A DNA stretch of 37,157 nucleotides from an uncultured Clostridium sp. (GCA_964617175.1 CAZTVT010000002.1:1-37157), one strand, 5' to 3'; counted from the stretch's first letter, positions 10,028 to 18,776 are shown. Program-made: numbers and translations. Notes: generated by a model from the sequence alone, not told the origin.

Positions 10028-10391
10028 ATTCGGTTACCTCTACTATCCAATCATCATCTATAGATAATCTTGGAATATCTTTCATAAAATCTTCATAACT
10101 TTTAAATTTGCTATTTGCAGTATAAATTAAAATATATGCAATTCTTGTAATAGCTTCTACGAAATCATCAATATAGTCTAAAAGTTCTTCATTTAGAACT
10201 TTTTCTATATCTACTTCGTTTAATCCTTTTTCTTTTAAAGCTACAATTTTTTCAGCTTGTTTTGCAAAGAAAGTCTTTAAAGTTTGTATATCTTTAAAAA
10301 TACCTACTCCAAAAACTTTTTTAAATTGCAAAAAAGTTAAAGCATTGCAATCTATATCATACTCTTTATCACATATTTTTATAGTTTTCAT
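10005..10391 (-). CDS. Tail assembly chaperone (gpG-like)
   Basis: 128-aa acidic ORF between the major tail protein and tape measure genes. Confidence 0.65.
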   Translation of the reverse strand: MKTIKICDKEYDIDCNALTFLQFKKVFGVGIFKDIQTLKTFFAKQAEKIVALKEKGLNEVDIEKVLNEELLDYIDDFVEAITRIAYILIYTANSKFKSYEDFMKDIPRLSIDDDWIVEVTEFAVEKFC

Positions 10392-10402
10392 TTATACCTC
10401 CG

Positions 10403-10984
10403 TTAGACACTTGCTACTGCATCTTTTTCGTATACTTTCTCATAAAACTTTTCATAAACTGTTTTGTTTTTATCATCTGGTTCTAATGAAGCTCTTACAA
10501 GATTATCTGTACTTCTAGCACTAGCAGTAATTGTAATTGTATCTGTTTTTGGTTCTTTTGTTGTACCAACTGTAGAAGCTTCAGCTTTTGGTCTACTTGC
10601 AGAACAATTATAGTAAACAACTCTTTTAGCATTTACATCTCCATTTACTTCAAACATTAATGCAAATTTTGATGACTTGTCTTCAGATGATTCTATTATT
10701 GCACCGTTTGTATCAACTGCTTGACCTAATATTTCTTTTAAAAATTCATCAGGTATTTTGGCAACTTCTAAATCACCAGAATATCCGTTATTAGCATAGT
10801 CACTAAAAAATATAACATCATCTGCGTTAAAGTCAGCTTTATCCCCTTGAGGATCCAGACTCAAATTTACTGCACCAGGTATTCTGACAGGTTTTGCATA
10901 ACTTATGCTTCCGTCTTCTTCTGATACAATCATTTTTGCAAAATGCACATTTTTTAATCCAAATTTAACTTTGTTTTTACTCAT
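10403..10984 (-). CDS. Major tail protein (phi13 family-like)
   Basis: 193 aa. The N-terminus KVKFGLKNVHFAKM...YAKPVRIPGAVNLSLDPQGDKADFNADD matches the phi13-type major tail pattern. Confidence 0.75.
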   Translation of the reverse strand: MSKNKVKFGLKNVHFAKMIVSEEDGSISYAKPVRIPGAVNLSLDPQGDKADFNADDVIFFSDYANNGYSGDLEVAKIPDEFLKEILGQAVDTNGAIIESSEDKSSKFALMFEVNGDVNAKRVVYYNCSASRPKAEASTVGTTKEPKTDTITITASARSTDNLVRASLEPDDKNKTVYEKFYEKVYEKDAVASV

Positions 10985-10999
10985 TGTTTTTAATCCTCC

Positions 11000-11308
11000 T
11001 TAAATCTCAAAAAAATAACTAACATTATAGACACTTTCGTCATCAATGTTAGCTTCTTCTTTACTCCATACTGTATCGTATAAAATCTCATCTTCAATTT
11101 TATTTTCCAAATCTAAGTCTTTTTTTATTGTAGTTAGTTCAAGCCTTATACTATTTACCTTTAAATAAACTTTATTATCTGCATTAAAATTGTCACTGTC
11201 TGGGCTAGTTACAACTAAATGTGGAGGCTTTACAGACTCTTCAAATCTGCCATATGCATACTTAAACCCTGCTTTCTCACATCTTATTTTTAAGTCTTCT
11301 AAATTCAC
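11000..11308 (-). CDS. Hypothetical head-tail joining / tail-terminator-position protein
   Basis: 102-aa ORF between the gp10-like gene and the major tail gene. The call is positional only. Confidence 0.4.
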   Translation of the reverse strand: MNLEDLKIRCEKAGFKYAYGRFEESVKPPHLVVTSPDSDNFNADNKVYLKVNSIRLELTTIKKDLDLENKIEDEILYDTVWSKEEANIDDESVYNVSYFFEI

Positions 11309-11706
11309 AAACTCTCCCTCCTTATAGCTTTTTTTATTTTCTCCTCAAATATTTTCTTGTATTTTTCCTCAATAGGTCTTATATGAGGTATTGCTTTAGT
11401 ATGACCACCATTAACAGTAGCATGACCAAATTCAAGCAAATGTGTAAGCTGATAATTTGTAGAATTATGAATTTTTATTCTATATTCATTTACTACTTTT
11501 CTATCTTTCTTTATTTTCCAACCTTTATAATAAGGTTTATTTCTACTACCTTTTCCATGAGGTGATTTTTCTTTTAATTCTTTTACTGCATCTTTACCAA
11601 CTTCATTCGTAACTGTTTCAACTTGTTCTTCTATATCTTCAACATAATTTTCAAGATATTCCATAACCTCTTTTGAAAGTAAATTAACATCTATTTTATT
11701 AGCCAT
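11305..11706 (-). CDS. HK97 gp10-family head-tail joining protein
   Basis: 133 aa, with the motif LLEFGHATVNGGHTKAIPHIRP and the expected position. Confidence 0.65.
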   Translation of the reverse strand: MANKIDVNLLSKEVMEYLENYVEDIEEQVETVTNEVGKDAVKELKEKSPHGKGSRNKPYYKGWKIKKDRKVVNEYRIKIHNSTNYQLTHLLEFGHATVNGGHTKAIPHIRPIEEKYKKIFEEKIKKAIRRESL

Positions 11707-12004
11707 CAGACTCTTTCCTTTCGCAAATCAATATAGTTTCATCTTGAACTGGTCTTTTAGTTCTTATTACATTATAAATAGTATCCATATATTTCAATTT
11801 TTTTTGGTTATTATAATTTAATGTACTAATTCTAAGTTGCAAACTAGGTTTTAAACCATGTTCATTTGCAGTATAAAACTCATTCATTCCTACAAATTCA
11901 TTTTTTATAATAGGCACTTCAATCTCACTTTCTACTGCGATTTGATTACCTATTTTATCAGATTCAAAGGTAGTAGAAATCAAATAACAAACTATATCTT
12001 GCAT
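11699..12004 (-). CDS. Head closure / head-tail adaptor protein
   Basis: 101 aa, the second gene after the capsid gene; position is typical of HK97-like modules. Confidence 0.6.
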   Translation of the reverse strand: MQDIVCYLISTTFESDKIGNQIAVESEIEVPIIKNEFVGMNEFYTANEHGLKPSLQLRISTLNYNNQKKLKYMDTIYNVIRTKRPVQDETILICERKESDG

Positions 12005-12295
12005 TTATTCCACCACCTTATAATCAGAACTTAGACTTAGATTATTACAAAGTAGATTATACGCCCTTTCAGACCTTTCTTTTTCTTTTATATCAACATT
12101 ACCAAAGTTCGCCTTAACATACATTATTATTGCGTTTTGAACTAAAGAATTATTTAATTTATTTATTACTTCTATACCTTGTCTTGTTAAATCATTTATT
12201 CCTGCGTCTATATACATTTTTATTTCATCATCTTTTACTGTAGATGTTTGTATTATAGATAAACTTTGTTTCGCTAATTTCATTAATTCTTGCAT
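12005..12295 (-). CDS. gp6-like head-tail connector protein
   Basis: 96 aa immediately downstream of the major capsid gene. Confidence 0.65.
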   Translation of the reverse strand: MQELMKLAKQSLSIIQTSTVKDDEIKMYIDAGINDLTRQGIEVINKLNNSLVQNAIIMYVKANFGNVDIKEKERSERAYNLLCNNLSLSSDYKVVE

Positions 12296-12317
12296 ATAAT
12301 CTACTCCTTTTTATTTA

Positions 12318-13526
12318 TTAAACACTAGCAGTTAATTTACCATAAGTGAATGATTTTGGTTTCTTGTTACCATCAGCTATTAAGTAACCACCATATACAA
12401 CTCTTCTTGGTTGTACTTTTACTTCTTTATCAATTCTTAATGATTCGTTGAAGTTTAGTACATAGTTTTGTGCATTACCAACAACTATGTCTCCTGCTTT
12501 TAAGAATGGATCAGCTTCTATTGTTGCTCCACCAGCTCTTCCAAGTCCTGCTACTAGATATGGATAATTTCCATTTTCATCTTTGTAGAATGCAATTTCA
12601 TCTGCTACATTTGATGCAACATATACTTTTGCACCTACTCTATTTTCTTCATCTAGATCACTTAGACAAGCTTTTATAAGTTCAATTGCTTTAGTATTTG
12701 TTTTTGCAGTTAATCCGTTTGTTATTCCTGTAGGTTGTGCAGATCCTGTTCCATAAATAACTGCATTTATTAATGCCTTATTCATTTTTACATTTAATTC
12801 ATCTAGTAAGAAACTTATAAATCCATCAACAGTCATTGATTCAGCTTTCCAAGTTATTTCAATAGCTTTAGCTAGTTCATGACCAGTTAATTTAATATTT
12901 TTATATTCTTGACCTTCATTTTTTGTTGTAGTCATTTCAGCATACCATTCAGCATCATCTGCAGCAAATAGATATGGAAAATCTACATTTCCATTTACAT
13001 TTAATTTTCTTATATCTCTATAAATTGGTGAAGCTTGTTCAATCATTTTTAACCAATCTAATCTTACAGATTCAGGAATTAATAATCCTAAATTGTTTAT
13101 TCCTTGTGTATTAGATGCACTCGCAGTAAATGTTGTTGAAGTAGTTCCTATAGCATCACCTAATGCTCTTTTTTCAATATCATCTAACTCTACTCCCATT
13201 AAAGTTTTTGCCCAAGCACTTCTATACTCTTTATCAGCTATTGTAAATTTTCTTTTTTCTTCCATTTCTTTTTCCTCCTTAATTACTTTTAATTCTTTTG
13301 TGTCTAAATTTCTTTGCTCAATTTCTTGAGTATCAGCTATTAGACTTCTTTCTTCTTCATGGCTTATTTCACCATCTTTTTTTTCTTCAGTTTCTTCTTG
13401 TTCTGGAACTTCTTTATTTATAGCTTCAACTTCTTTTCTTAATTCAGTTAATTCTTCTTGAGTTTTAGCCTCAGCTATTTTATTTAAAAGTTCAGCTTTT
13501 CTTTTTTCAATTTCTTTTAATGTCAT
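12318..13526 (-). CDS. Major capsid protein, HK97 family (with N-terminal coiled-coil delta-like region)
   Basis: 402 aa with a Glu/Lys-rich N-terminal ~100 aa followed by the HK97-fold region. It follows the prohead protease gene. Confidence 0.9.
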   Translation of the reverse strand: MTLKEIEKRKAELLNKIAEAKTQEELTELRKEVEAINKEVPEQEETEEKKDGEISHEEERSLIADTQEIEQRNLDTKELKVIKEEKEMEEKRKFTIADKEYRSAWAKTLMGVELDDIEKRALGDAIGTTSTTFTASASNTQGINNLGLLIPESVRLDWLKMIEQASPIYRDIRKLNVNGNVDFPYLFAADDAEWYAEMTTTKNEGQEYKNIKLTGHELAKAIEITWKAESMTVDGFISFLLDELNVKMNKALINAVIYGTGSAQPTGITNGLTAKTNTKAIELIKACLSDLDEENRVGAKVYVASNVADEIAFYKDENGNYPYLVAGLGRAGGATIEADPFLKAGDIVVGNAQNYVLNFNESLRIDKEVKVQPRRVVYGGYLIADGNKKPKSFTYGKLTASV

Positions 13527-13553
13527 AATAAAAATCCTCCTTAAACATTAAAT

Positions 13554-13632
13554 AGCAGTTCTACCACCACTTTTATAAATACTCTATTTTGTTTCTACCA
13601 ACAAAAAATGAAGTAGTTCTACCACCACTTCA
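13554..13632 (-). repeat. Three tandem mRNA-sense hairpins with identical 8-nt loop UGGUAGAA (A 13609-13632, B 13587-13606, C 13554-13571)
   Basis: A: UGAAGUGG[UGGUAGAA]CUACUUCA followed by U6. B: UUUUGU[UGGUAGAA]ACAAAA. C: AGUGG[UGGUAGAA]CUGCU. The stems differ and the loop is invariant. Confidence 0.8.
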
Positions 13633-13641
13633 CTTTCAAGA

Positions 13642-14193
13642 TTATAAACTTAATAATAATTTTAATTTTTCTTTTTCTAGTTTTAATTCTTTTTCTTTAA
13701 TAAATTCTTCTTTACTTCTAGCGACCACATTTGTAGATTCATAAAAAGGTACATCTACGACAGAAACATCAAACAATTTATCAATACTTAATATTCTTCT
13801 TGTATCTGTTTCATAATCATATTCTTCTTTATCTACTGTAAAAGCAAAACTACATTTATCTATTAGTCTTGCAAGTACCATTTTATATACATCTTTATTA
13901 CTAGATGTATCTATTAATTCAGCTCTAAACTTAAGTCCTATATCATCAACTATTAGTTTCAAGCTTCCATTTCTAGTTCTAGCTAATATTAAGAAATTAT
14001 CTTCATGATTATATTTCAATGATACATCCTGCATATTACAGTTATTAAAAGCTTTTTTATCTACTATTTCTGTATATCCGTAATGAGTTGCAGGACTATC
14101 AAACATAACTGCATATCCTTCAAGTATCATCTTATCTTCATTATCTAAAGCTCTTACTTCTAAATATCTTGATTCTTTTAAATGTTTTTCCAT
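13642..14193 (-). CDS. Prohead serine protease, HK97 family
   Basis: 183 aa between the portal and capsid genes, with LKYNHEDNFLILARTRNGSLKL...SFAF typical of Peptidase_S78. Confidence 0.85.
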   Translation of the reverse strand: MEKHLKESRYLEVRALDNEDKMILEGYAVMFDSPATHYGYTEIVDKKAFNNCNMQDVSLKYNHEDNFLILARTRNGSLKLIVDDIGLKFRAELIDTSSNKDVYKMVLARLIDKCSFAFTVDKEEYDYETDTRRILSIDKLFDVSVVDVPFYESTNVVARSKEEFIKEKELKLEKEKLKLLLSL

Positions 14194-14195
14194 TA

Positions 14196-15395
14196 TTAGT
14201 CACCTCCTTGATAATTATTTGCAATTCTTCCATCTATGTAATTTAGACTTTGTATAATCTTATTACCTTCTTCTCCTCCAATAGGCGGAAGGTCTATTAT
14301 TTCTCTTCCTTCATCTACTTTTAACATTGCTCTATCTCCTGCTTCCTTGAGTAATAATATTTTTGTTTTTAAACTTGCATATTGTAATCTATTGGCAGTA
14401 AATACAATTTTATGACCTTCTTTTCTAGCTTTTATACTAAATACTTTATTTGTAAAAGCATCACTCATTTGTATTGCACGGGGTTCAATTACTCCCTCAT
14501 AAAATGCATTCCATTCCTCTTCTGTAAAATTATTTCTAACAATACTTTCAGATATTCCAAAATAATCAAATATATTATAATTTACTTGTTCTAATTGTTC
14601 TTTATCTAATGTAATTGGTTTTAAATTTACTTCCTTAAAATCAGCTTTTGCATCCATTGCAGCAATTCCACTTTCATTTTCTAAGTTCAAGAAATCATTT
14701 ACAAAAGCCTCTTTGCTTGCTTTTAAGTCTTTGTCTTTTAGCATTGCATTTTCATATTTCAAAATACCTTTCAAGTTACTGCTTGTTTTTATAGCATTTT
14801 TTATGCCTTCGGATGCTGTGTGCGCTGTATCTATATCTGTTTTTAATACTTTATTATTTGTACCAAAAATATCATGCCTATTATAGAATAATCTTAAATG
14901 TATCAATTCTAAATAAGACAATATATATTTCTTACCATTAATAAATTTAAATTCTAAATATATATTGTTCTGACTATCTTGTAATAAATTATAGTTTGAT
15001 GCTAAAACAGGATAAAACCCTGTTATCATTCCTTCCTTATTTTTAGCTATATATACAAAAGCATTAGAATCTGTATATAGCATTGATATAACTTTATAAA
15101 TAAAATCAAACTTAGTCATTATAGGATTAGGCATATTTTGTAACAAAAAGTTTATATCACCTTTTATACAATTACTTATACTATCTTGTATATGCTTTGG
15201 GATTAACTTTGCACAGTGTGTAGCTATTCTATCTATGCACTGTCTTGCAACTTTACTATCATAAGTATTGTTTCCAAGAGTTGTAAACTCCGCATTATAA
15301 TTATTCAATAATTCTAATCTTGTTTGCGTAACTTTTTGTTTTTGATTGTTCTTTCCAAAAAACACGTTAAATAAGCTTCGTTTTTCTTTACTCAT
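14196..15395 (-). CDS. Portal protein, HK97 family
   Basis: 399 aa directly downstream of the large terminase gene. Confidence 0.9.
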   Translation of the reverse strand: MSKEKRSLFNVFFGKNNQKQKVTQTRLELLNNYNAEFTTLGNNTYDSKVARQCIDRIATHCAKLIPKHIQDSISNCIKGDINFLLQNMPNPIMTKFDFIYKVISMLYTDSNAFVYIAKNKEGMITGFYPVLASNYNLLQDSQNNIYLEFKFINGKKYILSYLELIHLRLFYNRHDIFGTNNKVLKTDIDTAHTASEGIKNAIKTSSNLKGILKYENAMLKDKDLKASKEAFVNDFLNLENESGIAAMDAKADFKEVNLKPITLDKEQLEQVNYNIFDYFGISESIVRNNFTEEEWNAFYEGVIEPRAIQMSDAFTNKVFSIKARKEGHKIVFTANRLQYASLKTKILLLKEAGDRAMLKVDEGREIIDLPPIGGEEGNKIIQSLNYIDGRIANNYQGGD

Positions 15396-15396
15396 T

Positions 15397-17097
15397 TTAT
15401 CCCTCCTGTAACGCTAAATAATCATTCATTTTATCGAATAAAACACAGTAAGCTATTATTAAACTTACTGTGCCATCTATTCTTGCTCTTTGTTTTTGCC
15501 CTTTAACAGGTCTTATATTATCATTTTCATCCCTTTTAACTGCTGTATTACATAAACACCATTTTAAAATAGGATTGTTATTATAATTTATATTTTTTTC
15601 TATTAAGTCAGCTTCTAATTGTTTCATAGGATTAGACATTGTTTTTGCTCCTTGTCTTACTTCTACCATTTCAAAACCTTGCTCCTTCATTTCTTCAACC
15701 CAATACTGAGTATTCCAAGGGTCATAACCAACCCATAAAGCTGATATATCATATTCATTATGCATTTTTAAAAACCATTGTGTTACATCACTATAATTTA
15801 CTCTAGCTCCATCACATATTGTTACAAGACCTCGTTTCTCCCATTTATCGTAAGGGATTTTATCATCTTTTATTTTAAATTCTAGTCTTTCACTAGGTAT
15901 AAAATATTGTTGTACAATGTATTTTTTCTTATTTTTCATAATTAATAAAGTAGCACAAGTCAAGTCTGTTGTACTTGATAAATCCACTCCTCCAATTGCA
16001 TAAGTATCAAATAAATCTTCTATATTGTATTTATCTTCATTGTTTGCAATATCAAAAGTCAACCATTTATCTTGGTCATTTTGTCTTATGTTAAAATCTT
16101 TACAAAGTAAATTTGTAAGTTCAGTAGGATTATTTTTCGCTCTATTTACTTTATCTCTTAAGTCTTTTATATTTTTTATTGTTCCTAATCCAGGGTTAGC
16201 TTTATACCATTTTTTCTCATCTTGCCATTCATTAGGATTATCTAATTCATATATAACTGGAAGTACTGTTTCATCTACTACTTCACTTTTATTTTCATAA
16301 CCTGCTATAATATCACTAAAATATTCGTATTCATTATCAAATACACTTTCTCTTATTGTTCCCATAGTAGAAGTTTCTAATAACATTGGCTGTTCTCTAG
16401 CACTCATAGAATCATACATTACATCCAACAAATTTTTATCTTTCCAAGCATGTACTTCATCTGCAATTACAAAGTGAGCATTTAATCCATCAAGTGAATT
16501 ACTATCACTTGCTAACGCTTTTAAAAAACTTTCTGTTGCATCGTAATATATTCCACCTACTAAACATCTAATACGTTTGTTTAGTGCTGGTGATTTTTTT
16601 ATCATTCTTTTTGCTTCATCCCAAACGACTTTTGCTTGATCTTTTTTAGTCGCCACTGAATATATTTCAGCACCACCTTCACCGTCTTTTGTTAGCATAA
16701 AATTAGCAAGTCCACTATCCATAGTAGATTTTCCATTCTTACGACCTATAAACAAAGCTCCTTTTTTATATTTTCTTATTCCTGTATCTTTATCAACAAA
16801 TCCAAATAGAGCTTGTATAAATGCTTTTTGAAATAGTTCTAACTTAACTGGTTTACCAGCCCATTTTCCTTTTGAGTGTTTACAAAATTTTTCTATAAAT
16901 TCAATAGGTAAATTACCTCTTTTTTCATCAAATATAAAGGTATGTGTTTCATTTTCTTCTGTTATAGCATTAAAAAAAGAAACCTTTTTTGGTTTCTTTA
17001 TATCATCTACTAATTTTTTATATACTGTTAAAACTTTATGACATGCTTTATCTGGATTAGTTTTTAAATATTTATAATATTCTTCTATATAAGTCAT
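15397..17097 (-). CDS. terL: Terminase large subunit
   Basis: 566 aa, Walker A-like GRKNGKST and a C-terminal nuclease region. Its start overlaps the small-subunit stop. Confidence 0.95.
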   Translation of the reverse strand: MTYIEEYYKYLKTNPDKACHKVLTVYKKLVDDIKKPKKVSFFNAITEENETHTFIFDEKRGNLPIEFIEKFCKHSKGKWAGKPVKLELFQKAFIQALFGFVDKDTGIRKYKKGALFIGRKNGKSTMDSGLANFMLTKDGEGGAEIYSVATKKDQAKVVWDEAKRMIKKSPALNKRIRCLVGGIYYDATESFLKALASDSNSLDGLNAHFVIADEVHAWKDKNLLDVMYDSMSAREQPMLLETSTMGTIRESVFDNEYEYFSDIIAGYENKSEVVDETVLPVIYELDNPNEWQDEKKWYKANPGLGTIKNIKDLRDKVNRAKNNPTELTNLLCKDFNIRQNDQDKWLTFDIANNEDKYNIEDLFDTYAIGGVDLSSTTDLTCATLLIMKNKKKYIVQQYFIPSERLEFKIKDDKIPYDKWEKRGLVTICDGARVNYSDVTQWFLKMHNEYDISALWVGYDPWNTQYWVEEMKEQGFEMVEVRQGAKTMSNPMKQLEADLIEKNINYNNNPILKWCLCNTAVKRDENDNIRPVKGQKQRARIDGTVSLIIAYCVLFDKMNDYLALQEG

Positions 17098-17429
17098 TAA
17101 TCATCACCAAATTTTTCAAACCCATCATCTTTTGTAGGCTCATTTCCAATTGGTAACATATCGTTTAATTGTTTGATAACTATTGTATAATTTTTTAAAG
17201 TAGTATTATAAGATTTTAAGGCTGGATTTTCTCTTTCAATATCATATTCGCCTTGACACATTTTAGTAATAACTCCTAAATCTTCTACTTTTTTTCTTAA
17301 TTTTTTTAATGTGTTTTCTAAAAACTCAGCTTTATCCAATAATGACAAAGCTAATTTACTTTTGCCATCACCAAGAGTTTCATAAACACTTTTTAATTCA
17401 TTTAAATCTAATGTTTTTTTCTTTGCCAT
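17097..17429 (-). CDS. terS: Terminase small subunit, P27 family
   Basis: About 110 aa directly upstream of terL. ATG at 17429 is preceded by GAAAGGA; the ORF-track start at 17447 is a TTG. Confidence 0.75.
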   Translation of the reverse strand: MAKKKTLDLNELKSVYETLGDGKSKLALSLLDKAEFLENTLKKLRKKVEDLGVITKMCQGEYDIERENPALKSYNTTLKNYTIVIKQLNDMLPIGNEPTKDDGFEKFGDD

Positions 17430-17520
17430 TATTTCACATCCTTTCAAAGGTGGGGGTCATATAAAATAACCTGCGTATTTTTCGAAGGCCCTCTCACCGT
17501 TTCCCATTCAATAGTCTTTT

Positions 17521-17767
17521 CTATCGAATATGGGGGGTATCAAATCTCCAAATATATCCTCCTGCTGTCTTTCGTCTATAATTACAACATTTACCTATAT
17601 TAGTTTTGCTTATGTTAGTTTCTCTAACCGCTTCAGCAATGCAATCATATCTCTTTATTATATTTCCCTTTAAATCATATTGCACAACTCTTTTAGCTGC
17701 TGGATTATCTTTGCCATACCTTCTTGATTTTTCCTTTATATTCTTCGATATCTTTCCATATTTCCAT
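17521..17767 (-). pseudogene. Remnant of a NUMOD4/NUMOD1-type homing endonuclease lacking the catalytic core
   Basis: ATG at 17767 gives MEIWKDIEEYKGK (NUMOD4-like start), then a stop after 20 codons. The +1 frame continues as ...KDNPAAKRVVQYDLKGNIIKRYDCIAEAVRETNISKTNIGKCCNYRRKTAGGYIWRF, a NUMOD1-like HTH. Confidence 0.55.
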
Positions 17768-17802
17768 TGTTAGTCCTTCTTTCCGTTAGCCTATAAACGC
17801 AT

Positions 17803-17835
17803 AAGAAAAAGAGAGGCGACTAACTTTCCTCTCTT
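17803..17835 (-). terminator. Intrinsic terminator after the HNH gene
   Basis: Minus-sense AGAGAGG-11 nt loop-CCUCUCU followed by UUUUUCUU. Confidence 0.65.
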
Positions 17836-17869
17836 AAACATTTGCAACTGTTCTCTTATGCAGAATTAA

Positions 17870-18173
17870 TTACTTTTTAATTAAATTTCCTTCATTGTCA
17901 AAGTAAAACTCATCTTCTTTACTAAAATGTATTTTATTATGACAGTCTTGGCAAACACTTTCTAAATTCTCTATGTTAAAAAATACATTGTCATCTTCAT
18001 AATTCTTGTCTGTTATATATTCCTTATGATGTATTATATAAGCACTGCTATATATCCCGCTTCTTTAAACATCTTTCACATAAAGGATTTAATATTAACT
18101 TTTGCTTTCTTAGCTTTTGCCATCTTTTACTTTTATATTTCTTTGCTATTTCTAGATTATCTCTGTATGTCAT
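17870..18173 (-). pseudogene. Terminase-associated HNH endonuclease interrupted by a 1-nt frameshift
   Basis: 304 nt, not a multiple of 3. Frame 1: MTYRDNLEIAKKYKSKRWQKLRKQKLILNPLCERCLKKRDI-stop (stop at 18048-18050). The next frame continues GIYSSAYIIHHKEYITDKNYEDDNVFFNIENLESVCQDCHNKIH... Together they form a complete HNH motif. The lesion is in the CGGG run at 18056-18060. Confidence 0.75.
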
Positions 18174-18174
18174 A

Positions 18175-18408
18175 TTATTTAGCTTTCTTTGTAGTCTTTT
18201 TTACAGCTTTTTCTACTTTAGGTTTAATAGTAGCTGTTTCAACTTCTTCTACTTTTTCAACAAATATAGCATTGAAAGGATTATTACCTGTTAATACTTC
18301 ATATCTTTCTTTAGATACTTCAAATATTTCACCTGCAACTGGTATTCTATCTAACTCTTTATCCTTTAAATTTCTTTTAACATATTCATCTGTTGCTTTA
18401 ACTTTCAT
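18175..18408 (-). CDS. Hypothetical late-operon protein with Lys-rich tail
   Basis: 77-aa ORF whose stop lies 1 nt before the HNH start. Confidence 0.5.
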   Translation of the reverse strand: MKVKATDEYVKRNLKDKELDRIPVAGEIFEVSKERYEVLTGNNPFNAIFVEKVEEVETATIKPKVEKAVKKTTKKAK

Positions 18409-18410
18409 TT

Positions 18411-18605
18411 TTACTTCCTCCTTTGAAAATTAATACATTTCTCATCTCGTATATTTAATCTACAACGTATTGTATTACGTTTTTCACAACTCTTACATTG
18501 TGTTTCTTTTATCTCTTTTTCATTTATTAAAAACTCTTTACTTAATTTCTCTCTTAGTATTTCATCATATATATAATTCTTATATTGTTTTGATTTTTTA
18601 CTCAT
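18411..18605 (-). CDS. Hypothetical small Cys-containing basic protein (first late-operon gene)
   Basis: 64-aa ORF with CKSCEKRNTIRCRLNIRDEKC, tightly packed with the next gene. Confidence 0.45.
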   Translation of the reverse strand: MSKKSKQYKNYIYDEILREKLSKEFLINEKEIKETQCKSCEKRNTIRCRLNIRDEKCINFQRRK

Positions 18606-18651
18606 TTGTTTACCACTACCTTTTTATTACTCATTTCTTAAAATAAGCATT

Positions 18652-18677
18652 AAAAAAGCAGCCCGTTATTGGACTAC
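18652..18677 (-). terminator. Intrinsic terminator just upstream of the late operon
   Basis: Minus-sense GUAGUCC-AAUAAC-GGGCUGC (two G.U pairs) followed by U6. Confidence 0.5.
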
Positions 18678-18704
18678 ATTGTATTTTTTTATTGTCTAAT
18701 TTTG

Positions 18705-18734
18705 TTGACTTGTAATATTACAACATGTTATAAT
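18705..18734 (+). promoter_or_regulatory. Sigma-A-type promoter of the candidate toxin gene
   Basis: TTGACT (18705-18710), 18-nt spacer, TATAAT (18729-18734), with TG at the extended -10 position. Confidence 0.65.
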
Positions 18735-18776
18735 TAATTTGGCTCCAATCTGTTAGCCAGAAAGGAGGTACAATTA

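Noticed and set aside
18026-18433. 135-aa plus-strand ORF across the HNH and late-gene region.
   Set aside because: It is antisense to the frameshifted HNH gene and the 77-aa gene. The translation is hydrophobic low-complexity and there is no RBS.
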